This document shows, piece after piece, positions 18,008 to 27,331 of a DNA stretch of 64,000 bases (position 1 is its first letter; each line of letters starts with the position of its first letter). Below the pieces are notes generated by a model that had not been told where the DNA came from, made no database searches, and worked only from the letters and a program-made list of their open reading frames with translations. The stretch is from an uncultured Lentimicrobiaceae bacterium (GTDB lineage Bacteria > Bacteroidota > Bacteroidia > Bacteroidales > 4484-276). The position numbers and the translations under genes were made by a program. The DNA lies in contig CAZQIV010000022.1 in the NCBI GenBank assembly GCA_964593705.1, forward strand, positions 1,416-65,415. The letters are read 5' to 3'.

Positions 18008-18720
18008 TAAGATGTATTGCCATAGACGACGAACCCCTGGCCCTGAAACAAATGGCCGGATACATCAATAAAACACCATTTTTGGAACTGGTGGGGCAGT
18101 TTGAGAGTGCCATGATTGCACTTGCATTTTTGCAGGAAGATTCTGTGGATTTGATGTTTGTGGATATTAATATGCCCGACCTGAGCGGGATGGATTTCGT
18201 AAAGTCGCTGGACAATCCGCCGGGCATCATCTTCACCACAGCATACAGCGAATATGCGCTGGAAGGTTTTAAGGTAGATGCCATTGATTACCTTCTCAAA
18301 CCTATTGGTTATTCCGATTTTTTGAAATCGGCAAATAAAGCCTTGAAAATCCTTGCTCCAAAAATAGATACACCAAAGGAAGAATTAAAAAGCAATGGTG
18401 ATTTTCTGTTGATAAAGTCCGAGCATAGGATTGTACGGGTTAATTTCGCCGACATCAAATACATCGAAGGCATGCGTGAGTATGTTCGCATTCACCTGAT
18501 AAATACAAAACCGGTAATGACATTGCTGAGTATGAAAGCCCTGGAAGCACAATTACCCGGTAATCAATTTATGCGGGTGCATCGTTCCTTTATCGTCAAC
18601 TTAAGCCGGCTTACCACGATCGAGAGAAATCGTATTGTTTTTGATGAAGATGTTTATATTCCCATCAGCGAGCAATACCAAAAACCTTTCCGTGAGTGGA
18701 TGGAACGGTATTTTATGTGA
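18004..18720 (+). CDS. LytTR/AlgR-family response regulator
   Basis: Start overlaps the kinase stop (ATGA). Receiver domain IAIDDEP...DLMFVDINMP plus a LytTR DNA-binding domain (IKYIEGMREYVRIH...FMRVHRSFIVN). Confidence 0.9.
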   Translation: MIRCIAIDDEPLALKQMAGYINKTPFLELVGQFESAMIALAFLQEDSVDLMFVDINMPDLSGMDFVKSLDNPPGIIFTTAYSEYALEGFKVDAIDYLLKPIGYSDFLKSANKALKILAPKIDTPKEELKSNGDFLLIKSEHRIVRVNFADIKYIEGMREYVRIHLINTKPVMTLLSMKALEAQLPGNQFMRVHRSFIVNLSRLTTIERNRIVFDEDVYIPISEQYQKPFREWMERYFM

Positions 18721-18751
18721 TGCTTAGAAAAATACTCAAAAACAAAGGGCT

Positions 18752-18934
18752 TTATATGGAAATATTAGCATCTTTGAGAATGCCCTGCAATGTGCCTTTT
18801 GGAATGTCCTTACTGTGTATCGGTACAACAATTATTTGCATACCCGTTTTTTTATAGATAGCATGACTACCAGTTTGTCTTACGAATACAAACCCATTGC
18901 TTTCGAGAAGTTTTATTAATTCCCGGGCTTTCAT
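18752..18934 (-). CDS. hicA: HicA-family mRNA interferase toxin
   Basis: 60 aa, MKARELIKLLESNGFVFVRQTGSHAIYKK... is canonical HicA. Overlaps the hicB stop. Confidence 0.85.
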   Translation of the reverse strand: MKARELIKLLESNGFVFVRQTGSHAIYKKTGMQIIVVPIHSKDIPKGTLQGILKDANISI

Positions 18935-19125
18935 GATGCCAGTTCCAGAGACTTCTTTGAAATCTGATCTTCCATGAGTATCTCAATATAAAGTTGTATA
19001 GCATCTTTAAGGTGTTCCATTGCTTCTTTTATGGTTTTCCCGTGTGAATGACATCCCGGCAATTCCGGACACCATGTATGAAAATCGTTCCCGTCTTTTT
19101 CAATTTCAAAAGTAAGTGGTTTCAT
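18931..19125 (-). CDS. hicB: HicB-family antitoxin
   Basis: 64 aa, FHTWCPELPGCHSHGKTIKEAMEHLKDAIQLY, typical of the HicB/UPF0150 fold. Confidence 0.8.
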   Translation of the reverse strand: MKPLTFEIEKDGNDFHTWCPELPGCHSHGKTIKEAMEHLKDAIQLYIEILMEDQISKKSLELAS

Positions 19126-19334
19126 ATTTCGTTCGTTTTATTGTGTTCAAAGATAATGCTTTCGGTGATATTGAAAAAACAGAATTGCGAAGTTGAAACC
19201 CACAAAAAATCAATATTATGTAGAATCAATATAAATCTCACTTAATTTTGTTAAATAATACTGAATCAATTTCGTTATGAAATTAAATGTCATTTACTTT
19301 GCATAAATTATTTTAATCAAACTATACCGGCCTT

Positions 19335-19889
19335 ATGATCGATCAAATGGGAACCAGGATTAAGAAGAAGCGAGAGGGTTTAGGTCTTCAGATTAAAGAC
19401 CTATCAAAGCAAATCGGTATGACTTCCAGTTTGATAAGCCAAATTGAAAACGCCAAGGCCTTCCCATCTATTGTTACACTTAAAAAACTGGCCGATGCCT
19501 TGCATACTACCGTGGGAGAATTGATAGGTGAAAACGAAAACGAAATAAAAAACCCTTTACTAAAAGTAGTGGAGCGTCGTTTTGCCAAAAGCAACAACAA
19601 GGGAACTTCTTCACATTTATTATCCAATCATTTTCCGTCAAAACAAATCGAACCCTATTTGCTCAGGTTTGAAGAAAATGCAGATTCAAAAGGAGTAATG
19701 ACAAGTAAATTTCCCGGACAGGAATTTTGTTTTGTGTTAAAAGGAAATTTTGAAGCCACCGTGAATCGTAAAAAACACCTTTTGGAAGAGGGCGACAGCT
19801 TTTATTTCGATTCCATTAAACCCCATGTATTCAAAAATATATCAGAAGGAAATGCCGAGTTGATCTGGGTAATTACTCCTTATAGTTAA
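19335..19889 (+). CDS. XRE-family HTH regulator with C-terminal cupin domain
   Basis: HTH_3 segment LSKQIGMTSSLISQIENAKAFPSIVTLKKLADAL. Cupin segment GQEFCFVLKGNFEATV...GDSFYFDSIKPHVFKN. Confidence 0.8.
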   Translation: MIDQMGTRIKKKREGLGLQIKDLSKQIGMTSSLISQIENAKAFPSIVTLKKLADALHTTVGELIGENENEIKNPLLKVVERRFAKSNNKGTSSHLLSNHFPSKQIEPYLLRFEENADSKGVMTSKFPGQEFCFVLKGNFEATVNRKKHLLEEGDSFYFDSIKPHVFKNISEGNAELIWVITPYS

Positions 19890-19930
19890 ATCAGGTAATT
19901 AATAAAAACACATTTATAAAACAAATTAAA

Positions 19931-21460
19931 ATGTCACATTCAGAAAAAGTTGATTTTACCAAACAGTTCGCACACCACGGAATTAGTGAAGATGCAGCAC
20001 GGGTAATAGAAAAAGAAAACCTTTTACCTGCAACTCTCATCAATAAATTACATCACTGTTTTCCTCAGTATTCCATCTTAAAAGAGGAAAGCGTACCAAT
20101 GTTTACCTCTGATAAAAACCGTTATACAGGTATCGATGGTTTTAGAGAAATTATAGCAGTTCTTAACAATAACGGCATTGATATTGGCTATATCGAGGAG
20201 CGTGAGCTTTTTATTAATGTGTATCGTTTTTTGGCTACAAAGCACGTTTTAAATACCATCAATTGGAAAGATTACGTAAGAGATTCAGTATTCCAACTGG
20301 TATTTCCACAACCCGGAATGATGAAACCGGAATTGATTAAAAGCTATATGAATGCCAAATCAGAGGAGGAAAAACGAAAACTCTGTGATGAGTATATTCG
20401 CAAAACCAATCCCCACGATGGTAAACAATTATTGAACAAGGCCTTTTTTGAAAACGAAGACGGCGATATTGAAATCCTAAACGGTAGTCAGCATAAATAC
20501 CCCCAGTGTTTCCTTATTTTTGATAAAACCACTCAAAGTTGTTTTGCCTTCTGCAATTATTGTTTCCGCCATGCGCAAGTAAGAGGCGATGAAGATATGT
20601 TTATCCAGGATGATATTGATCAGGTTCATAAATATTTGAGAAAACACAAAGAAGTAACCGACATCTTAATCACCGGTGGCGATGGTGCATTTATGCCTTA
20701 TTCAAGAATGAAAGCGTATTTAATGCCGCTAATTACCGATCCTGAATTGTCGCATATCAGAAATGTTCGTGTGGCCTCCAGGGGGTTAACCTACGACCCT
20801 CAAAGAATTATCATGTCAAGGTATGATGATACTTTAGCGCTATACAAAGAGTTAATTGAAAATGGAATTCAAATGATTTGGATGGGACATTTCTCCGGAC
20901 CAAAAGAATTGATGAACCTAACCACCATTGCTGCTGCTCGCCGTTTAAGAGCCATTGGTATGAATTTAAAAAGTCAGAGTCCAATCATGAAGCACATCAG
21001 CCTATTCCCTGATAAAAATGGTGGAATTGATATTGATAAATCTGCTCAAAACTGGATTGACCTGGGTCATGTATTAATGATGCTGGGTATCGGATTCCAC
21101 TCTATGTACTATGCTCGCCCAACTGGCGAACACCACTATTTCACCGCTCCTTTGGCCGATATCAATAAGGTGTTTAGCAAAATTTACAGAAGCCTTCCGT
21201 CCATTGGTCGTCCATCGAGATATATCTCCATGACCTCCTCAGCCGGCAAAGCATCCATGCTGGGTACCGTGGAAGTGAACGGGAAAACAGCCTTTGCCCT
21301 CAAATTTAACGAAGCCAGAAATATGGAATGGATGGATAAAGTGTATTTGGCTCAATATGATGATAAACAAAACACCATCGAAAAGCTGAAGCCATTTGAA
21401 GGAGATAAGTATTATTATTCAGATGAATTAGAAGCCATCGAAAAAAGTTTAGAGAAATAG
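19931..21460 (+). CDS. KamA-family radical SAM aminomutase (2,3-aminomutase-like), long form
   Basis: CxxxCxxC cluster motif SCFAFCNYCFRH at residues 204-211. KamA-type N-terminal INWKDYVRDSVFQLVFPQ. ITGGDG motif. 509 aa. Confidence 0.75.
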   Translation: MSHSEKVDFTKQFAHHGISEDAARVIEKENLLPATLINKLHHCFPQYSILKEESVPMFTSDKNRYTGIDGFREIIAVLNNNGIDIGYIEERELFINVYRFLATKHVLNTINWKDYVRDSVFQLVFPQPGMMKPELIKSYMNAKSEEEKRKLCDEYIRKTNPHDGKQLLNKAFFENEDGDIEILNGSQHKYPQCFLIFDKTTQSCFAFCNYCFRHAQVRGDEDMFIQDDIDQVHKYLRKHKEVTDILITGGDGAFMPYSRMKAYLMPLITDPELSHIRNVRVASRGLTYDPQRIIMSRYDDTLALYKELIENGIQMIWMGHFSGPKELMNLTTIAAARRLRAIGMNLKSQSPIMKHISLFPDKNGGIDIDKSAQNWIDLGHVLMMLGIGFHSMYYARPTGEHHYFTAPLADINKVFSKIYRSLPSIGRPSRYISMTSSAGKASMLGTVEVNGKTAFALKFNEARNMEWMDKVYLAQYDDKQNTIEKLKPFEGDKYYYSDELEAIEKSLEK

Positions 21461-21518
21461 TAATATTGAAATTAGTGGTTTTCAAATCATTGCTTATATT
21501 ATAATTAAAATCATTTTT

Positions 21519-22232
21519 ATGATTAATAAAATAGTAAAATCGGCAGCCGAAGCAGTAAAAGACATCCATGATGGAGCCACCATTATGATTGGTGGCTTTG
21601 GTGAGGCCGGTAGCCCAATTGAGCTCATACATGCGCTGATCGATCAGGGAGCAAAAAATCTCACCGTGGTAAGTAATAATACAGGAAGCGGAAATGTGGG
21701 ACTGGCCGCCTTAATCGAGCAGAAAAGGGTGAAAAAGATGATTTGCTCGTTTCCTCGTACTGCTAACTCAACGGTATTTCCCGAACTTTATAATGCCGGA
21801 GAAATAGAGCTGGAACTGGTTCCCCAGGGAACCTTAGCCGAAAGGATCAGGGCCGGAGGTGCCGGAATTCCGGCGTTCTACACACCGGCTTCCGTGAATA
21901 CTCCCCTGGCCATTGGCAAAGAATCCAGGATTTTTGATGATGTAGAATATGTGCTGGAACGTGGCATTAAGGCTGATTTCTCATTAGTGAAATGCGTACA
22001 AGCTGATTGCTATGGCAATTTAACCTATCATGCAACGGCCCGTAATTTCGGGCCTATCATGTGTACTGCCGCCAAAACAGCCATTGTTCAGGCTAAAAAA
22101 GTGGTGGATGCCGGAGCCATAGATCCTGAAATTGTTGTAACACCCGGAATTTTCGTGAAGCATATTGTTGAAATTTCAAACCCTGCCAATGAATCGGAAT
22201 TGGTAGCTCAAAAACTAAAATATCCATGGTAG
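21519..22232 (+). CDS. 3-oxoacid CoA-transferase subunit A
   Basis: DGATIMIGGFGEAGSPIELIHALIDQGAKNLTVVSNN and PQGTLAERIRAGGAGIPAFYTP are classic family I CoA-transferase A-subunit motifs. Confidence 0.9.
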   Translation: MINKIVKSAAEAVKDIHDGATIMIGGFGEAGSPIELIHALIDQGAKNLTVVSNNTGSGNVGLAALIEQKRVKKMICSFPRTANSTVFPELYNAGEIELELVPQGTLAERIRAGGAGIPAFYTPASVNTPLAIGKESRIFDDVEYVLERGIKADFSLVKCVQADCYGNLTYHATARNFGPIMCTAAKTAIVQAKKVVDAGAIDPEIVVTPGIFVKHIVEISNPANESELVAQKLKYPW

Positions 22233-22879
22233 AAAATAAAATAAAAATCGGTTGGAGTAAAACCGAAATGGCCCAAAATGTAGCCCAGGATATTCCCAAC
22301 GGATCCTATGTGAACCTGGGAATTGGAATGCCCGAAATGGTGGCCGCCTTTGTACCCGAAGGCCGCGAGCTGATCTATCAAACAGAAAATGGTTTGCTAG
22401 GAATGGGTGCTGTACCGCAAGCCGGACAGGAAGACCCCGAGTTAATCAATGCCGGGAAAAAACCGGTTACAACCATCCCGGGGGCTTGTTTTTTTCATCA
22501 TGCCGATAGCTTTACCATGATAAGGGGAGGGCATATTGATGTATGTGTTTTGGGAGCTATGCAAATATCTAAGCATGGCGATTTGGCTAACTGGTCAACC
22601 GGAGCGGCCAATGCTATCCCTGCCGTTGGAGGAGCCATGGATTTAGTGGCAGGAGTAAAAAGAATTTTGGTTATAACCCAGCATAATACCAAAGACGGTA
22701 AATCTAAAATAGTGAATCAGTGTAGCTATCCGCTCACCGGAAAAGGTGTTGTGGAAACCATTTATACTAATCTGGCCATCATCGATGTAAAAAAAGAAGG
22801 ACTTTTCGTGAGGGAAATGGGGCCAAATGTGGATTTTGAATATTTACAAAAGCACACAGAAGTGCAATTATTTCAATAA
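22226..22879 (+). CDS. 3-oxoacid CoA-transferase subunit B
   Basis: Overlaps subunit A by 7 nt. Catalytic-Glu motif YQTENGLLGMG and GGAMDLVAG. Confidence 0.9.
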   Translation: MVENKIKIGWSKTEMAQNVAQDIPNGSYVNLGIGMPEMVAAFVPEGRELIYQTENGLLGMGAVPQAGQEDPELINAGKKPVTTIPGACFFHHADSFTMIRGGHIDVCVLGAMQISKHGDLANWSTGAANAIPAVGGAMDLVAGVKRILVITQHNTKDGKSKIVNQCSYPLTGKGVVETIYTNLAIIDVKKEGLFVREMGPNVDFEYLQKHTEVQLFQ

Positions 22880-22897
22880 TTTAAACGTATAAGACCT

Positions 22898-24244
22898 ATG
22901 AGTAATACTTATAATGTAAATCGTAAGTATAGCCAGGCTCTCTACAAAAGGGCCAAAGAAGTGATGACAGGAGGGGTGAGTAGAAACACTATTTACCGTC
23001 GTCCCCATCCATTTTATGTAGCTACAGCAAAAGGTAGCTATGTTACCGATATCGATGCCAATACCAGGGTTGACTTTGCGAATAATATGGCATCACTTAT
23101 TCATGGCCATGCACATCCTGCCATTATTGAGGCTGTTACCGAGCAATTGCACCGGGGAACAGCTTATACTCTGGGAAGTGAGGTAGAAATAGAGTTTGGT
23201 GAGTTATTGGTTGAAAGAAATCATAATTTTGAAAAAATTAGATTTGTTAACTCTGGCACCGAGGCTGTGATGTCGATGATAAAAGCAGCCCGGGCCTATA
23301 CCGGACGGCCAAAAATAGCCAAAGCCGAAGGAGCTTATCATGGCACTTACGATTTTGCCGAAATCAGTCAAATTGTCAAACCCGATAATTGGGGAGATAT
23401 TGACAAGCCCAATTCTGTTCCTGTTACTGCCGGAACACCGGAAGATGTGAAAAATGATGTGATTGTTTTTCCGTATAATGACACTGAGCGTACCTTAAAG
23501 TTGCTTGAAGCCAATAAAAAAGACCTGGCTTGTGTATTGCTCGATCCGGTTTCTCACCGTATAGGAATGTTCCCCATCGAAAATGATTATTTAATAGCCA
23601 TCTACAATTGGACTAGAAAAAATAAAGTGCTTTTGGTATTTGATGAAGTAGTTACCTATCGTGTAACTTATAGTGGCGCTCAGCATCTATATCCTGTAAA
23701 GCCCGACATGACTGCGCTTGGGAAAATTATTGGCGGTGGGTTTCCCGTTGGAGCCATCGCCGGAGATGCTAAAATTATGTCTGTTTTTGATCCTACCCGA
23801 AAAATTATTAAACAGCCCCACTCGGGTACATTCTCGGCCAACCCTATTACTATGACTGCCGGGAAAGTAGCCATGGAGCTTTTTGACAGGAAAGCTGTAG
23901 ATGATATCAATAACATAACAGATATTGCTAAAAAGCAAATAGGAGAAGCCATTAAGGAAGCCGATGTGCCTGTAATCATTACCGGAGCCGGATCTATGTT
24001 CCGCATGCATTTTCGTTATAAGGCTCCGCGAAATTATCGCGAAACTTATCAGTGCCCGGAAGAAAGAAAACTGATCGTTGATTTTCTCGATTATCTATTC
24101 TTTCATGAAGACCTGATTATGATCAATACCTTTGCTTGTATGCTGGCCACCACCATCACCCAGGTAGAAGTAGATCGACTTACGCAATCGTTGCTTAAAG
24201 GGTTTAAAAAATTTAAAGCTGAGATTCATCGCTTTGCCAAGTAA
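22898..24244 (+). CDS. Class III (GSA-aminomutase-like) PLP-dependent aminotransferase
   Basis: FVNSGTEAVMSMIKAARAYTGR, VFDEVVT, and the PLP-Lys motif MTALGKIIGGGFPVGA that closely mirrors glutamate-1-semialdehyde aminomutase. Confidence 0.85.
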   Translation: MSNTYNVNRKYSQALYKRAKEVMTGGVSRNTIYRRPHPFYVATAKGSYVTDIDANTRVDFANNMASLIHGHAHPAIIEAVTEQLHRGTAYTLGSEVEIEFGELLVERNHNFEKIRFVNSGTEAVMSMIKAARAYTGRPKIAKAEGAYHGTYDFAEISQIVKPDNWGDIDKPNSVPVTAGTPEDVKNDVIVFPYNDTERTLKLLEANKKDLACVLLDPVSHRIGMFPIENDYLIAIYNWTRKNKVLLVFDEVVTYRVTYSGAQHLYPVKPDMTALGKIIGGGFPVGAIAGDAKIMSVFDPTRKIIKQPHSGTFSANPITMTAGKVAMELFDRKAVDDINNITDIAKKQIGEAIKEADVPVIITGAGSMFRMHFRYKAPRNYRETYQCPEERKLIVDFLDYLFFHEDLIMINTFACMLATTITQVEVDRLTQSLLKGFKKFKAEIHRFAK

Positions 24245-24380
24245 TTAGATGTTTGAAGTTCGAAGATAAAAACCATATTTTAATAATAAATCAGTTTTAT
24301 AGATTGCTGGTTTCAGACTTTAAATTTCCATTTTAATAAAAAGAAAGTTCAAAGAATGAAATGCTCATTATAATTATTAA

Positions 24381-24492
24381 CACCCACAGGCATGAATGTC
24401 AGAAGGACTCCTATGGAGAAACTTTATTTTATTTCTCCGTAGGAGTCCTTCGAACATCCGTGCATTTCCCAAAAAATCGGGACAGGTTGTGG
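24381..24492. repeat. MITE-like palindromic element inside the operon
   Basis: 20-bp stem gaaggactcctatggagaaa (24402-24421) pairs with tttctccgtaggagtccttc (24432-24451), with one G-U position. The outer arms are also partly complementary. A half copy lies at 30390-30470. Confidence 0.75.
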
Positions 24493-24502
24493 CCAAATTT
24501 TT

Positions 24503-25711
24503 ATGCAGATGAAAAATGTTTTTATATGTGATGCCATCAGAACACCGGTAGGACGATATGCAGGAACCTTAGCTTCGGTTAGAGCCGATGATTTAGCCGC
24601 CATTCCTCTAAAAACCCTGATGGATAGAAATCCGGATATGGACTGGAAGGCTATTGATGATATATTGATAGGCTGTGCCAATCAGGCGGGCGAAGACAAC
24701 CGAAATGTGGCTCGTATGGCTTCTCTTTTGGCGGGTTTTTCTGAGTCTATTTCGGCTGTTACCATCAATCGTCTGTGTGGTTCGGGTATGGATGCCATTG
24801 GAAGTGCTGCAAGAGCCATTAAAGCCGGAGAAGCTGAATTGATGATTGCCGGAGGTATGGAAAGCATGTCGAGATCACCTTTAGTTATGGGAAAAGCCGA
24901 AACAGCTTTTGGCCGTACTCAAAAACTGGAAGATACCACCATTGGCTGGCGATTTGTAAATAAAAAGCTGGATAAAATGTATGGCACAGAAGGAATGATA
25001 TTTACTGCTCAAAACATTGCAGACGATTTCAATATCAGCCGTGAAGATCAGGATAAATTTGCCCAATGGAGTCAGGAAAAAGTGCGTAAAGCGCAAGAAG
25101 ATGGAAGTCTGGCCCGCGAAATTATCCCGGTTATAATTCCACAACGCAAGGCCGATCCTATTGTCTTTTCAAAAGATGAGCATCCCCGGCTTTCATCCCT
25201 AGAAAAATTGGCAAATCTAAAATCTATAACAGGACCCAATGGCAGCATTACTGCTGGAAATGCATCAGGCGTAAACGATGGTGCAGCAGCTCTGCTCTTG
25301 GCTTCGGAGGAAGCCGTAAAAAAACATAAGCTTACTCCCAAAGTGAAAATTTTAGGTATGGCTACCGCGGGTGTTTTGCCACGAATTATGGGGATGGGTC
25401 CGGTTCCGGCCACCAGGAAAGTACTCAAGCTCACAGGCCTCAGTCTCGATGATATGGATATTATAGAACTCAACGAAGCTTTTGCTTCCCAATCGCTTGG
25501 CTGTACCCGCGAACTTGGTTTGGCTGATCGTGATCCCCGCGTTAACCCGCTGGGAGGAGCCATTGCCCTGGGACATCCTTTGGGAATGAGTGGAGCTCGT
25601 ATCACCACAAGTGCCTATTACCAACTGATTAACTCCGATACTAAATATGCCCTTTGCACTATGTGTATCGGTGTGGGGCAAGGCATTGCTGTTGTGCTGG
25701 AGAAAGTATAG
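24503..25711 (+). CDS. Acetyl-CoA C-acyltransferase (thiolase), 3-oxoadipyl-CoA-thiolase-like
   Basis: VFICDAIRTPVGRYAGTL, active-site NRLCGSGMDAI, NEAFASQ and the C-terminal CIGVGQGIA motif. Alternative ATG at 24509. Confidence 0.9.
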   Translation: MQMKNVFICDAIRTPVGRYAGTLASVRADDLAAIPLKTLMDRNPDMDWKAIDDILIGCANQAGEDNRNVARMASLLAGFSESISAVTINRLCGSGMDAIGSAARAIKAGEAELMIAGGMESMSRSPLVMGKAETAFGRTQKLEDTTIGWRFVNKKLDKMYGTEGMIFTAQNIADDFNISREDQDKFAQWSQEKVRKAQEDGSLAREIIPVIIPQRKADPIVFSKDEHPRLSSLEKLANLKSITGPNGSITAGNASGVNDGAAALLLASEEAVKKHKLTPKVKILGMATAGVLPRIMGMGPVPATRKVLKLTGLSLDDMDIIELNEAFASQSLGCTRELGLADRDPRVNPLGGAIALGHPLGMSGARITTSAYYQLINSDTKYALCTMCIGVGQGIAVVLEKV

Positions 25712-25821
25712 GTTTTTCGACCTTTCTACCGCAATCTGCAATAATTGATTGGTGTGGATTATACGGCCTTGCAAAAGGTAATGGCATATTATGTGATGAA
25801 AAATAGAAAACCACATATTTC

Positions 25822-25869
25822 GTGAGTTATAACTCACAAATATCATAATAATTTTGAGTTATAACTCAA
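25822..25869. promoter_or_regulatory. Twin 16-bp palindromes (operator-like) upstream of the ATPase gene
   Basis: gtgagttataactcac (25822-25837) and ttgagttataactcaa (25854-25869), centres 32 bp apart, about 40 bp before the ATG at 25908. Confidence 0.45.
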
Positions 25870-25907
25870 ATTGTGTATGTTTGTGGCTTTTATCAAGCAT
25901 CAATATT

Positions 25908-27035
25908 ATGATAAACAGGATTCTGGAAAATACCATAAACGAAAAACTCTTTAAGGGAAAAGCTATCATTATTTTGGGTCCTCGCCAGGTGGGAAAGTCA
26001 ACCTTAATGAACATGCTTGAAACCAGGATGGATAAAAAAATTCTCTACCTGAATTGCGACAATAATGACATAAAAAAGCAACTCACCAAACCCGGGATTA
26101 ATGATCTTCGCAGAATGATTGGCGAAAATGAAGTTGTGCTGATTGATGAGGCTCAACGGGTTCTGGATATTGGTTTGACTTTGAAATTGATAACTGACCA
26201 AATACCCGAAATTCAGGTGATCATAACAGGGTCATCCTCACTTGACTTGTCGAACCTGGTGAATGAACCATTGACCGGCAGGAAATTTGAATACCAGCTA
26301 TTCCCATTGTCAATAAAAGAGCTGGTTGATCACACAGGCTTTATCGAAACCAACCGGAACCTCACACAACATCTAATTTTCGGAACCTATCCTGATGTAG
26401 TGAATAATAAAGGGAATGAACCTGAAATTTTGAGCAATCTTGTAAGCAGTTATCTGTTTAAGGATGTATTTATGTACCAGGATATACGTAAGCCTGAATT
26501 TATCGAACAACTCCTGGAAGCGCTTGCTTTACAGGTAGCTTCAGGGGTTTCGTTTAACGAACTGGCACAACTTTTAAAAACAGACGCTCACACTGTTCAA
26601 CGATATATCAGCCTGCTCGAAAAAGCTTTTATCATTTTCAGATTACGTTCGTATAGTCGTAATATCAGGAATGAATTGAAGAAAAGTCGTAAAATCTATT
26701 TTTACGATAATGGTGTGCGAAATGCTATCCTGGCAAACTATAGTCCTGTTTCATCACGAACTGATATGGGTGCACTGTGGGAAAATTTTTTCATCTCTGA
26801 ACGGATAAAATTCCTTCACTACAATAAAATATTTGCCAGGCATTTTTTTTGGCGAACAACCCAGCAGCAAGAAATTGATTACCTGGAAGAATATGATGGT
26901 AAACTGACCGCTTTCGAAATTAAGTGGAATCCAGCTAAGAAGGTTACCTTTCCCCTAACTTTTACACGTAATTATCCGGAGGCAACAACTCATGTAGTTA
27001 ATCCGGATAATTTTTGGGAATTTGTCGGGGTGTAA
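25908..27035 (+). CDS. AAA-family ATPase with DUF4143-like C-terminal domain
   Basis: Walker A GPRQVGKST and Walker B VLIDEAQ. C-terminal EIDYLEEYDGKLTAFEIKW is typical of this widespread ATPase family. The ORF-track N-terminal extension was rejected. Confidence 0.8.
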   Translation: MINRILENTINEKLFKGKAIIILGPRQVGKSTLMNMLETRMDKKILYLNCDNNDIKKQLTKPGINDLRRMIGENEVVLIDEAQRVLDIGLTLKLITDQIPEIQVIITGSSSLDLSNLVNEPLTGRKFEYQLFPLSIKELVDHTGFIETNRNLTQHLIFGTYPDVVNNKGNEPEILSNLVSSYLFKDVFMYQDIRKPEFIEQLLEALALQVASGVSFNELAQLLKTDAHTVQRYISLLEKAFIIFRLRSYSRNIRNELKKSRKIYFYDNGVRNAILANYSPVSSRTDMGALWENFFISERIKFLHYNKIFARHFFWRTTQQQEIDYLEEYDGKLTAFEIKWNPAKKVTFPLTFTRNYPEATTHVVNPDNFWEFVGV

Positions 27036-27050
27036 ATCAAAATCCACGTA

Positions 27051-27140
27051 TCATTTCTTAACGATTGCATGACTACCCGTTTGCCGTACGAATACAAAGC
27101 CATTGGTTTCAAAAAGGTTTATCAATTCCCGGGCTTTCAT
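27051..27140 (-). pseudogene. hicA: hicA remnant (first 29 codons only)
   Basis: MKARELINLFETNGFVFVRQTGSHAIVKK-stop matches the N-terminus of the intact HicA at 18752-18934, then stops at the junction with the ATPase gene. Confidence 0.75.
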
Positions 27141-27331
27141 GATGCCAGTTCCAGAGACTTCTTTGAAATCTGATCTTCCATGAGTATCTCAAGGTAAAGT
27201 TGTATTGCATCCTTAAGGTTTTCCATTGCTTGCTTTACGGTTGTTCCATGCGAGTGACAACCTGGTAATTCCGGACACCATGTATGATATTCATTTCCGT
27301 CTTTTTCAATTTCAAAAGTAAGTGGTTTCAT
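27137..27331 (-). CDS. hicB: HicB-family antitoxin, second copy
   Basis: 64 aa, differs from the 18931-19125 copy at 7 residues. Confidence 0.8.
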   Translation of the reverse strand: MKPLTFEIEKDGNEYHTWCPELPGCHSHGTTVKQAMENLKDAIQLYLEILMEDQISKKSLELAS

